Source of the DNA: Tubulanus polymorphus
Taxonomy: Eukaryota; Animalia; Nemertea
Assembly: GCF_964204645.1 (NCBI RefSeq)
Contig: NC_134026.1
Location: 10,005,950-10,069,949 of the forward strand
DNA length: 64,000 bases
Direction of reading: 5' to 3'
A program made the position numbers and the translations under genes. Below are positions 37,726-48,816 of this stretch, piece after piece. Position 1 is the first letter of the stretch; every line of letters begins with the position of its first letter. The notes under the pieces were generated by a model, which was given only the letters and a program-made list of their open reading frames with translations, was not told the DNA's origin and made no database searches.

Positions 37726-39009
37726 GGTTCATTTTCAATAAGTTAACTCCTTGCAAAGTAGGTTCATTTTCAATAAGTTGACTCTCGGTCAACTGTAGAA
37801 TTTATCCGGCGAATTTTATTGTCAAACACGCAGGGCTCAAGTTTGATTCTGATCAGTTTGGCTTCGGTTCTCCTCACTGTCGGGCATGGACGTACGGTTG
37901 CTTGGCTTTGTTCTGTGACCGTGTACTTCGTGTTGAACTGCATGTGTCCTCCTTTGTGCAGTTTGGAGTCTATCGTCCGGGGTATTCCACTGTGTGTAAA
38001 AATACCAGAAGGAAATATGCAGATGTCTAGGCAAACATGTTAATCTACTAACATTGTATAAGCTATTCTTATCACCGGCACACTAGATTTGACGGACATA
38101 CTGGATGCACAGTTTAGACACTTCTAGATAATTGAAATTAAATGGTGAATTATTACCATTGGCATTATTACCTATGGCATATTTACCTCTGGCATTATTA
38201 CCGTGTACCTAAATTCATCCCAATATACATCACACTTTGAAGGCTCACAATTCGATTATACGAAGATGCAAACCTGGTAAAATCCCCTGGGTTAAAAGGG
38301 GTCCGGTGAAAATCCCTCAGGTAAAAATCCTCTAATCTTCAAAGTACGTAAAAATCCCCACTTTTTTTCAAAAACATTTCAAAGCAACATATTTCTCCAA
38401 TTCCATCCATTTGCAATAAAACTGCAACGTGCAATGAACACTTTCGTTAAATTTGTAAATAAATTCTTAGAATTAATAGAATTAATGAACGCTTTATTTG
38501 AAATATCTTTAAATTCGAATTGAATAACTCTTTTCAACATGTGGTATAGGCCTATTTCGCTGTGCGATGCGATAAATTATAAGAAATAAGGCAAAAAATC
38601 AAACCTTGTTTATCATTTATGAAGGAAAACTGTATGCAAAAAAGTGACCCTGCAGGCAGCATTTTATTTCTATTTTTTCCACAAAAAAGAATGAAATTTG
38701 ACATATTTCCACCGGCTTTTTTTTGTTTTTATCTAAAAACAGTTTTCATTTTTTGAAATAAAAAAAGTACAGGATATGGTTTTCAGAAGTTTTCAGAAGT
38801 TCTTACTGTTTGTCAAATACCACCATTCTTTTGAAGAAGGCTTTTGCGCGGCGATGAAACGGACAAAGAAACGAAGTTCGTTTCTGCGGGGCACAAAAAC
38901 GAGAAATGACCGCGCAAAAAATTCCGTTTTTGCACTCCGCAGAAAAGAAGCAATATATTTTTTGCGCGGCATATTGCACGGAATTTTTTTATTTAACTTG
39001 GCCCGCAAA

Positions 39010-39520
39010 AGCCACTATAGTTTTCTGCTCTGTTTCGGTGATTCTATTTAGTGCATTTTTGTTTCTCTGGAGAGTTTAGTCGCGCTCAACGCTTGATTTA
39101 GTATGCTCCGTTCGCGAGGGACGCGTGACAAATACCTTACATTTGCAGTTTTACGCGAGCCTTTTGACTACTCAGATCTTAGCATTTTCATTGTTCTTGT
39201 TTATGGCTGGTCAGCGTCGTGTTGCGTTTGCCCTTGTATTCCACGGGTTGTACTTGTTGGTCAATTTATCTTTTACCGTTGTGGAAATAAAACTGCAAAG
39301 GATTTGGGCGTCTGAAACCTGTTGATTGTTTACGCTGGTAATAAAGTTAGATCGTCGACGATTTTCAATTTGTTTTATTGTTTTGTGTTTTCTCAGTGTC
39401 TGTTGCCATGGTTTCAGTCATGTTGGCTGAGGGGTTGGTTTAGTGTTCTCCTTTTTATTTATTTTGTTGCCTTTGGGATACGGTATGATCGGTGCTGAGG
39501 GTGTGGATTCTATTTTATCT
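39010..39520. repeat. Dispersed repeat with an inverted homologue at ~49310-50090
   Basis: GGAGAGTTTAGTCGCGCTCAACGC vs GCGTTGAGCGCGACTAAACTCTCC; TCATGTTGGCTG..GGGTTGGTTTAGT vs ACTAAACCAACCC..CAGCCAACATGA. Confidence 0.75.
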
Positions 39521-39789
39521 TTGAGCGAAGGGAAGTTCAGTCCTCCGAGGCTTTTACATAATATATCGGTAATTGCTTCTTTGCGCTCGCTGTTTTGATC
39601 TAATGTTTAACTCCCCTTTTATGGTTTGGGTTCGGTTTTGGGATGTTAGTTTTGGGGTTTTATGGCTTGTCTTTTCGGAGTGTTTGGTGCGTCGCTTGCG
39701 CAGTACCGGTTTTCCCCATATCTATATATTTCTGTAGTATATCCGCACAATAGGGAGTGAGAACAATACTGTGGCTTCAATTATCAATA

Positions 39790-39950
39790 CAGTGGAACCT
39801 TGTTATAACGAAATCGGATATAACGATTCATCGGATATAACAAATATAGAATTTCGTCCCAAGTAAGAAAATTTGATTAATTTATACTGGATATAACAAA
39901 CTATCGGTTGAAACGAACAGATTTTCTAGTACTGTGAAGATCGCTGTAAG
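39790..39950 (+). mobile_element. pogo/Tigger-type MITE; related copies at 50134-50303 and 50741-50913
   Basis: TA|CAGTGGAACCT(C/T)GTTATAACG start; the 50134 copy ends GGTTTCACTG; shared internal sequence. Confidence 0.7.
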
Positions 39951-40109
39951 AAGATCGACCGAAATATTCCTTTTGTTCGAACGAAAAAATATATCATATT
40001 AATTTCTCACCATGTCCCCTCCGGGACTCCGTAAAAATCCTAAAGTATAGGTTTCCTAACAATGCATTTGCAAGATTTCTAGATAAGATTTAAATTTTGA
40101 AAAAAGATA

Positions 40110-40640
40110 AAAATTTTGACAATCATCTGGATACATTAATTCAGAAAAAATTGATAAAGTTATCATCCATCTGGGTACGTGCGACGTGAAACGACATAAA
40201 ACCGATCCGGATTCGATTAAGATCAATGCATCCACAGCGTTAGCGAAGGCGACGGAGCACTTTCCCAATGCCACAGATTTTCTTGTCTTGGGGTGATCGC
40301 TTCCTTGGCCCCTCCCCTACATGCGTTCATACTAAATGAACGACCCTATATAATGCTATTTGATGTATTCTGTTTATTTAACTCATATATTACGGGATTA
40401 TTTTTCCCCCTTCCCGCCATTTGTAATTTTGTTAATTTGAATGTGTGAATGTGTGCATGCTTGATGAGTATATGTGTTTTGAATGCGTGTGAGGGATAGG
40501 TGTCTCATACCCGACAAGCAACCTTGCTTTTAATGAGCACCTACCACTGATATTGGAACATCCTTTATAAATATAAAATTTGTTACAATTTCTTGTGGAA
40601 ATAAAATATTGTAATCATTATTATTATAATTATTATTATC
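40110..40640 (+). mobile_element. LINE relic: ORF1 SGNH-esterase fragment followed by 3'UTR-like sequence and an (ATT)n tail
   Basis: KVIIHLGTCDVKRHK...ALAKATEHFPNA resembles the IIHxGTND esterase block; ACAAGC..GCTT stem, AATAAA and (ATT)n at ~40600-40640. Confidence 0.5.
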
Positions 40641-40919
40641 AGAACAGTGGAACTGAGAGTGCCAACAACTTGCAGGTGCCACCAAATTTGCTCCTAGCGC
40701 ATTATGGTGTGGATAAAGTCTCAAAATGTTAACACGAGCTTTGACACGTCAAATCTTTTGTTTGGACAATTTATTATTTTTCCAGTTATTTGACGTGTCA
40801 TAATTAACAAGTAGAAAATGTTTTTGACATTTGGAAAATGATGTTTTAATTTCGACAGTATATCCACTACAAAAAATACATGTATTGTTGGTACTACGCA
40901 TATTCGGTCTCCGATTAGC

Positions 40920-41280
40920 TGGAATTCCTGTGCACAGGTCGTTTGCGCTCGAAACCGCTGTCGGCCCGCTTGGCGCGCCAAAACAAAGAAAATTTCGTTT
41001 TGGCGCGGTTATTTCCGTTTTGGCGCCCTCGCCAAAACAAGCATTCAACAAATGAAAGTTCGTTTTGGCGGGGCGCCAAAACGGAATGTTCTCTGTTTTG
41101 GCGCGCCAAAACGAACTTTTAGAGAAATTTCGATGTTTTTCGTTGTTTTGGCGGGAACGCCAAAACGGAATTTTCTTTGTTTTGGCGTGCCAAAACGAAC
41201 TTTCAGAGAAAATTTGACGTTTTTTTTCGTTTCGCCGTTCTGTCGTTCTGGCGCCCTCATTTACATACCAGGAATTTTAC
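40920..41280. mobile_element. MITE-like element made of TTTTGGCG/CGCCAAAA palindromic repeats
   Basis: GGAATTCCTG...CAGGAATT ends; recurring GGCGCCAAAACG units. Confidence 0.55.
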
Positions 41281-41465
41281 ACTATGGCCCTTATCAGCCA
41301 CCATACGGATACGACTTGCGACGAGTCGTTAGGCGTCGGGTTGCCGTCACGGCTTACTTAAAAAAAATGATGGGAACTGGCAGCCTACCGGGCCGATAGG
41401 CGTAAACCCAGTAGCATCGGTAGGCATCAAGTCGCAGATCGACATCTGTCAGCCTTAAGTCTCAA

Positions 41466-44400
41466 TCAGCTATCATTAACCATGTCTTTAAGTATTTTAA
41501 TTCCCACGATCCCTTTTTCGGCGAATACCTGAAAAAAAAATCATTGGTTTTATCACGGAGGAGTTTTTACGTTCTGCACCAAGGATTGTGGAATCAACAT
41601 CATTCATTACATACGTAGTGGCCTGCTCCATAAACGACGTAATACGAAAGACCGGCATACTTCTTCACAAAACCGGCATTACTGTTGCAGCCTGGAGTTT
41701 TGAAATAGAATGCCTTCGCATTGCGGAATTCTTCTCCACCATACCATTTCAGAGAGTCTAATACTGCCTCCGTTCCTGGAAGATCCGAATGAATAAGAAA
41801 TCATCATAAGTACTCTTCTACAAATATATGAGTACCAGTATATTACCTATTGCAGGTACTATGCCATCAAATTGTCCATTGTAGCAAATAACAGTCAAAT
41901 TAGTGGTCTGAAGAATCTCTGAAACTAAATAACGTCCTACACTGAAATATCTAGGTATCATTTATAACAGTTCCAATTCCTTTCCAATTCAGGTATATTT
42001 GTATACATCTTACCTTTTTCGTATGAGCTGTGTTCTGTCATAACATCATCTTTCATTCTGCGATTAACAATACGACTCGAAGCTAGAAAAACAAAGAAAA
42101 TCGCCATTGAAGTCAAGCACACAGTAAGAAATAAACACGAGACATCTTGGTTTTCCCATGACTGTGTGTCTCGAAATTGACATATTTATTCCGGGTAAAA
42201 GGGATGGATGATGCCACTGACCGTAATCACCTTTTGATCATGTTATGCAATAACTTAATTTTTTATCGCTAGTGTCGGTGTAAGTTTATTGCCGTTTGTC
42301 TAAACATGGACTCGCGTAAAAACAAACGTTTTTAGTTTTAAGGTTTTTCTTGCTTTGTGCGCTAGCCTTTTCAGACAGATGATATTTGCAAATATGTTTT
42401 ATATTGAAAATATTCCCTGTATCCACACACTCCTCATGTTTCAAGATCACTTCAGTACAAAAGAAATACGAACGTTTAATTTCTTTGAAACTCGAAAACG
42501 TTTCAAATCTGGCCGCAAGCGTTGAAGTTGTTTCAGCGCTAGGTTCATTGCAGGTGATTCATGTTGCAGGTAATACCACCAGCGTTTGTCACCTACAAAA
42601 GCAATGAATAACTCAATATTCACTTTTTAACCTATTATGCGGTATATGCACATGGGGAAAAAGATCTGCTTTCGAAATTACCCTTAATGTTCTAATCTGA
42701 TGAGTAAAATCCCACAATAAATGAATTGATCTAAAAAGCTTATTTAGAATATTAGAAATATTTTAGGTGGTTGCTTCCACCCTTCTTCAGTATAAATGAC
42801 TTACCATGGAGAAGGGTCGCACCACAGGGTGTCTCAGAAAATGTGTTACCCATACTCTAAGACTAATCATTCATTAACTATGATTTTGATTATATTTTTG
42901 GAGGGTAAGGATAGTAGACCTAGATGTTTTCTCGAGGATGAAATGTTGAAATGCAATGATAAGCCATGCATTGCTGAACAATCTTGTTGTTAAACGGCTA
43001 TGAAAATGGAGTCGAACAAAAAACTATCGGTTGTTCCATAGCGTACGTTTAGTTGTTAAATGACAATGATTTTAAATCACAAAATCACCGGATTTCACTT
43101 TCTGTGATATTTATTGCGGGAGATCGTAAAATCAAGGTATTCAAAACACCACCAGCAGGAATTGACTTCAAATGTTCGGAGATTTCGAGATCACTTCCTC
43201 CTATGCATACTTGTCCACTATAAAGTATTGGGAGGAAATTCCAAAAGAAGCGAACCGTAAGAATCAACACCAGGGGGAAATGAGATGGCCTATACAGCCA
43301 CAATACGGACTCGTCGTCCAGCAAGCCTTCAGGAAAAATGTATAGTGTCAGATTATAACACTGCTGTCGTTGATGTCACCAAGTGACATCAACTCCTCCT
43401 ATGTATACTTGTCCACTAGAGTATTGAGAGGATATGACCTTTGCTTTCCATTGGAATATGTAATGTAGGGACCAGATAAGCGAATAGGGCGACTGTCTAT
43501 CCTTTTCCCTTTCTCATTCCTCTTTCCTATTCTCAAAACTCATCAACAAAAAAGAGCGGGAGGGACATATTATAGGTTTATTTCCACTCTTCTCAAAACC
43601 ACAAAATTTCCGGAGAGAAAGGGACTTGTGTATGTAAGTGCTAGATATCCAAAGGCACAATCAAGAAACCGTTTCTTGATGGTAGGCCACATCACGTTAC
43701 AAGTTCAACCTGGGGAAAAAGTCCATCCCGATAGCTAAAATAAATTCAGTAAGTAATCGAATGAACGCAGATTGCGTCAAATAAAACGAAATATAACGGG
43801 GGTGGGAAGCCCCAGGTTGAACTCGCGTGAACTAAGTTCACTAAGGTATGTCACCCTGAGAACGATGAGGAAATTCCCAAAAGCTCGAGCCAAACAAAGG
43901 TTAACGATGACCAAATTAGAGTGAGTGCATATCGCATGCAATGAATCAGATAACAATGATAAAAGCTTATCATAATACAAGTGTCGCAGCCCGAGGGATC
44001 TCGATGATAAAACGATAAAATGTATGGATTTTGAGTAGTATTCGCCCCGTAAATAAGACATACTGAAGGCAAACTAACATGATTTAAGCCAAACACTAGC
44101 CGTTTAATTTACCAGCACAAGCCAAACCCCTTAGCACCAAATCGCCACTAGATCTTTTCTCACTTTTGGCGCAACATCAACCACTAGTTGGCACAAAATC
44201 TTCACTACCCAACTTCACCAGTTGGCGCAAAATATTTCCTGCCCAACCGCAATAGTTGGCATAAAATCTTCACTGCCCAACCTCACTAGTTGGCGCAACA
44301 TTTTCACTGCCCAACCTCACTAGTTTGCGCAAAATCTTCACTGTCCAACCTCACTAGTTGGCGCAAAATCTTCACTGTCCAACCTCACTAGTTGGCATAA

Positions 44401-47400
44401 AATTTTCACTGTCCAACCTCACTAGTTTGCACAAAACATCCAGACTCCAACCTCACTAATAAACAAACAAATCAGTAAGGAAAACGGAACGCTCGCCAGA
44501 TAGAAGTCGACCGATCGGGTTGATATCTTCAGACAAAATATGTAGTGTCAGACTAGTGTCGCTGATGTCATCGAGAAACTGGTGAAAATGGTTAAAATGT
44601 TGAACCTTTTCGGAGTAACTTAAATTAGTTAAGTGGACCAACAATTCTACTTGAGAGAAATCTGTCTCTGAAATCTGGAGAAATTGAGACATATAGACCC
44701 CATATGTTCAGGTTTAAAATGAAAAACTGCCACCTACTTCATAGCCTTGACGATACGTTCAAATCGACATCTATACCTATTGACAACTGGTAAAAGAAGT
44801 ATTATACCGGTACAACATTGTTGGAACATGCTGAATAGATTCATTGATTCGATACACCTAGGGGCCAATTCTTTTCTATAAAACCGTATTTCTTTGGTTA
44901 TCAATTTATTTGTTTTTATTATGTGAACGTTGCCCAATATACCCGCATGAAACCGTTGATTGTTGTTTTGCTGAATCAGGTTATATTAATATGGAATCCG
45001 ATTCTCTTGCTTCTCCTACCTGTAGCATTGCGCATAAAAAGAGTCCCGTGAATATTTTCCATCACGTTGTATAGATTTGCGTCAATTCCTGCTTTATACA
45101 GTAACATCATCATTTCGCTATGGACTTTATATGCCGTCATATTTCCTCCCCGGCCTGTTTCTAATAAGGCTGCAAATCTCCGAGCTAATCTATCCACCTT
45201 CACTTTATCAATCGAGTTGATTATTGACTGCAAAATCCGAATAGCGATTATTCACACTAGGCTTTTTCAAAAGGATGATTTATACGTAATAATTTATGTT
45301 GAGTTTTTGGAAAGAAATTTGGAAATAAGCCGCGTTTACACGACAACTAGTTTAGACCGGTCTAAATGGGTCCGTACCTGGTCCGGTCCAAATTCAGACC
45401 AGACCAAATTTTGGCGAGCGTTCACACGGCGTTTTGACACGCGGTGATAAAATCGCTTGTCACCGGGCCCACAAGATGTCGCCATCTGCTAAATAATTAA
45501 TTTTGCCTGGATGAAGTCTTGCTTCCATATTCCAAGTAGAGCAAGACATTATTCATTTGACCAATTCGATCCTCTGTCTGGTTTATACATTTTTGCGAAT
45601 TCGATTTTATTCTATGATGCTGAAACTCGAAGTATCGTTTAATCACGGTTTAAAGCACGGCAGTAAAACGGATGATGATCGCGATATACGAATACGAGTT
45701 ACGCTCCAAACATTTCCATTGAATAGGGAGAAAAAAGAGTACTTAAAAATAATTACATAAACGGTAATAAAAGCATTTAAAACTTAATAAACTGGACTCA
45801 CACTCTACCGCAGAGGTTGCGACATCTACCGCAGAGATTCAGAATTACGATTTAGACCGGACCTGGTACCAGTTTCTGTCCACACACGCATATTTAGACC
45901 GGTCCAAAATTTGGTCCGGACCTGGTTCGCTCTTTTAGACCGTGCCAAATGGAACGGTATTTTTGCCCGTGTGAACGCTTGGTCCGGTCTACATTGGACC
46001 GGACCAAATTTAGACCGGTCTAAATTTCGTCGTGTGAACGCGCCTTATATATACCAAGACGGTAGTATTCGCCAGTGTTCTAAAAGTTAGATTTTTTTCA
46101 TTTTTGACGCATATATTCGGTTATATATTTATATTTCTATCGACAAATGCACACTTAAACTCAACAGACTCACCATAGAATGCCAGAAATTACCCCAAGA
46201 ACTGGTGCTACTTATCGGAGATATCCATGGCCCACCAATAGCAATACCTTTGAAATTGCTGTCAATTCGACCATTTCGTATTTCCTAAAAGCATTCAAAA
46301 AGCTCGCCTAAAGGAAAGCTCCTCAATAACGTGATCGAACATAGTAGATTCTATCATTTACCTGGTGAAGTTGTAAAGCTAGTCTTGGTGCTACCTTTCC
46401 AGAATAAGATGATCCAACAATATAGAATTCAAGGCCCTATAATTGGAAATTGAGGGGTATGTATACAGAGCTGTTGAAAAATTTGCAAGCAGGGTTTTTC
46501 TTCTCCCCCCGAACGTAGTATTTTCGAATACATGCGTACGGTATGTCAAGTTGCGCATGCAGGTATGTATTAAGTAAAATCGATACATTATGGGTTTCCA
46601 GGATAAACCGCATGATTTGCAAACCATTTTAAGCCGTGTTTATTAAATTGTCTACGTATCCTGATTCCTGGGTTTATCCCTCATTCGATGCTCAATCGCG
46701 ATTGATTTCAATCTTATCATCAAGCTCTACGTTATGGACTACACGATGGACATTTTCAATTGAAAATTCACTTACAAAATGGACAACAAGCACAACTTTT
46801 AAAAACTAACTGTCGAAATTCCAACCAACAACCGATGGATATGACGAGAGGGCCTTTCAGCTGTTTAAAAAAATACTCTATTGATTTTCCCGATTATTAC
46901 CTTCCCCTCTCCAAGCAGATAATGCCAAAATGTCACTAAAAGCCTAAGCTAAACTATTATCAATGGATTTCTAGTAGATTTTCCAAAATTTTTCCTTTCC
47001 CAAATACCCACAAAATTTCAATGTCAAATTTCAACTGATTTTGACTGACCCTTCTGCGATTCGTATTCCAGGGGGTAAATTTGCATAGGTTTCTAAAAAT
47101 TATAGAATTATTAAGGTTTCGGAAGACTTTATGAATATTGTATTGATACCCAGGCTCTATAGCGGAGCTTCTACGAATAAATTGGTCAAAAGGAATTACA
47201 TAGGCTTGAATAGTATTATATTCTCCCTGCTGTACACAATACTGGAATACAGATAATATATGGGGAAAACCGGATTCTGCAGCATGTTTGCAGCAACGGA
47301 GTGAGAACCTACAATGCTTCCGTTAATGTTCCCGTTTCTTTTCCTTCTATTTTGAAAATACAAAACGACTGACCCATTGGGAACAAAGGCCACGCAAAGA

Positions 47401-48816
47401 AATCCGCCTTTTTGGAAAAGTAAAGAGGGCGGCGGGTCTTTATTTTTTTACCTCACTTAAAAAAAAGATAGAAAAAAAGCCTTATTCAAAATTCTGAAAG
47501 TGACGTCAAACATCTTCATGAGGTGAATCATTACTAGTTACAAATTATATCACCAAAAAACTTTTGTATACAACAACTAAAACTCTTGCTTGATTTTTGG
47601 GGGGTTGACTTTTTGTAGTGCTCAAGAATTTCAAGGGTTTAAGTCCGACCCCCTACATCCGCCCCTGGTCGTCTTCCTCGAAAATCATGATGAGATCAGA
47701 CTTCCCCAAGAAATTCGAGTAACATGCCATCTAAAACAATTATCAAATATATTGATTCAATCAATGGAGTTTTCTATACCTTGAATTCTGGATGTTTAAC
47801 CGAGAAGAATTGTCGTAGATATTCGAGTAAGTCAGTCACGACACCAAAGACATCCGATGTAAACAGGTGTTCTCCATCCGCGTAACTAAAACCCGTTCCT
47901 ACAGGACTATCCACAAACAGAACGCTACAATATTTTGCCTAATTAGAAAAAATCAAAAACCTAATCTATCGCTTTCAAGCCAGTCTAACATGATATTTGC
48001 ATAATGGGAATACATTTCATACTGCCATCCTTTTGAACGCCAAAATTTTACTGAGAAAATGGTATACCAATTTAATCTCATTCAAAATACCATTTTCTTT
48101 AGTATCTATTCGTCATAATACCATTTTTCTTGGTATCAAACATACTTTCACTGTAGTCGTACACATATACGTATAATAATATATGCAACTTTAAGTAGAA
48201 TTTTCGATTAAGTTGATTTTTTCACGCTTTTATTCTCACTTACCCAGGATGTGTCTCTTTGGTTCAAATCGCCATCGTACGGTCCGATTTGTAAAAAGTT
48301 ACCGATTGCGATACTGGATTGGCCTGGTCCTCCCTAAAACGTTGAAGTCTATGCCAACTTAATATGTCCCATTAATTAACCAGATTTTTCTTACTAATTA
48401 GAATGTTATATATGATCAAAAATACTTGTAATCCGATACTTTGCATATTCATACTTGTATTTTCGCAATGGTTTATAGAAATGGAAATTATTAAATACCG
48501 ATAACCACAAAATAAGTGGTCTTTTGTTGAATCCTTCTGGATGTGCAGTAAGGTACAGCCATGAATGTAAATGAACGCCTGGTCTTACAGTCGTGAACTC
48601 TTTAATCGGATGCGTCGGTTCTGCATCTGATGAATTCGGGAAATGTGTATACATACAGTTTAAGAGATTTCAATGAAAATGCAATACACCAAATTCAACG
48701 AAGTAATTCAGTAACTTTTCGAGTAATTAACGAGTAATTCAAATAACTTTACCTGCTTTGAATAAAAGTAAGCTGAATATGAAAATATATCTATTCAAAT
48801 ACTTCCCAACTTCCAT
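41466..48816 (-). CDS. SCPEP1: SCPEP1/RISC-like serine carboxypeptidase, paralogue B, 12 exons: 48816-48753, 48626-48499, 48333-48244, 47938-47780, 46436-46362, 46284-46174, 45227-45020, 42592-42470(or 42474), 42082-42014, 41924-41847, 41775-41615, 41528-41466
   Basis: Exon lengths identical to paralogue A except exon 8; same motifs WLS/GGPG, FLQIGP, GSSYSG, YNGQFDG, AGHY; many synonymous differences. Symbol denotes family, not proven orthology. Confidence 0.87.
44145..44457. repeat. 34-bp minisatellite (AACCTCACTAGTTGGCGCAAAATCTTCACTGTCC), ~9 copies
   Basis: CCTCAC recurs every 34 bp (44281, 44315...); lies in a ~2-kb intron insertion specific to paralogue B. Confidence 0.9.
45328..46045. 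mobile_element. Harbinger-type MITE with TAGACCGGTCTAAA subterminal palindromes
   Basis: AGCCGCGTTTACACGAC...GTCGTGTGAACGCGCCT inverted ends in TA-rich flanks; absent from paralogue A intron. Confidence 0.8.
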
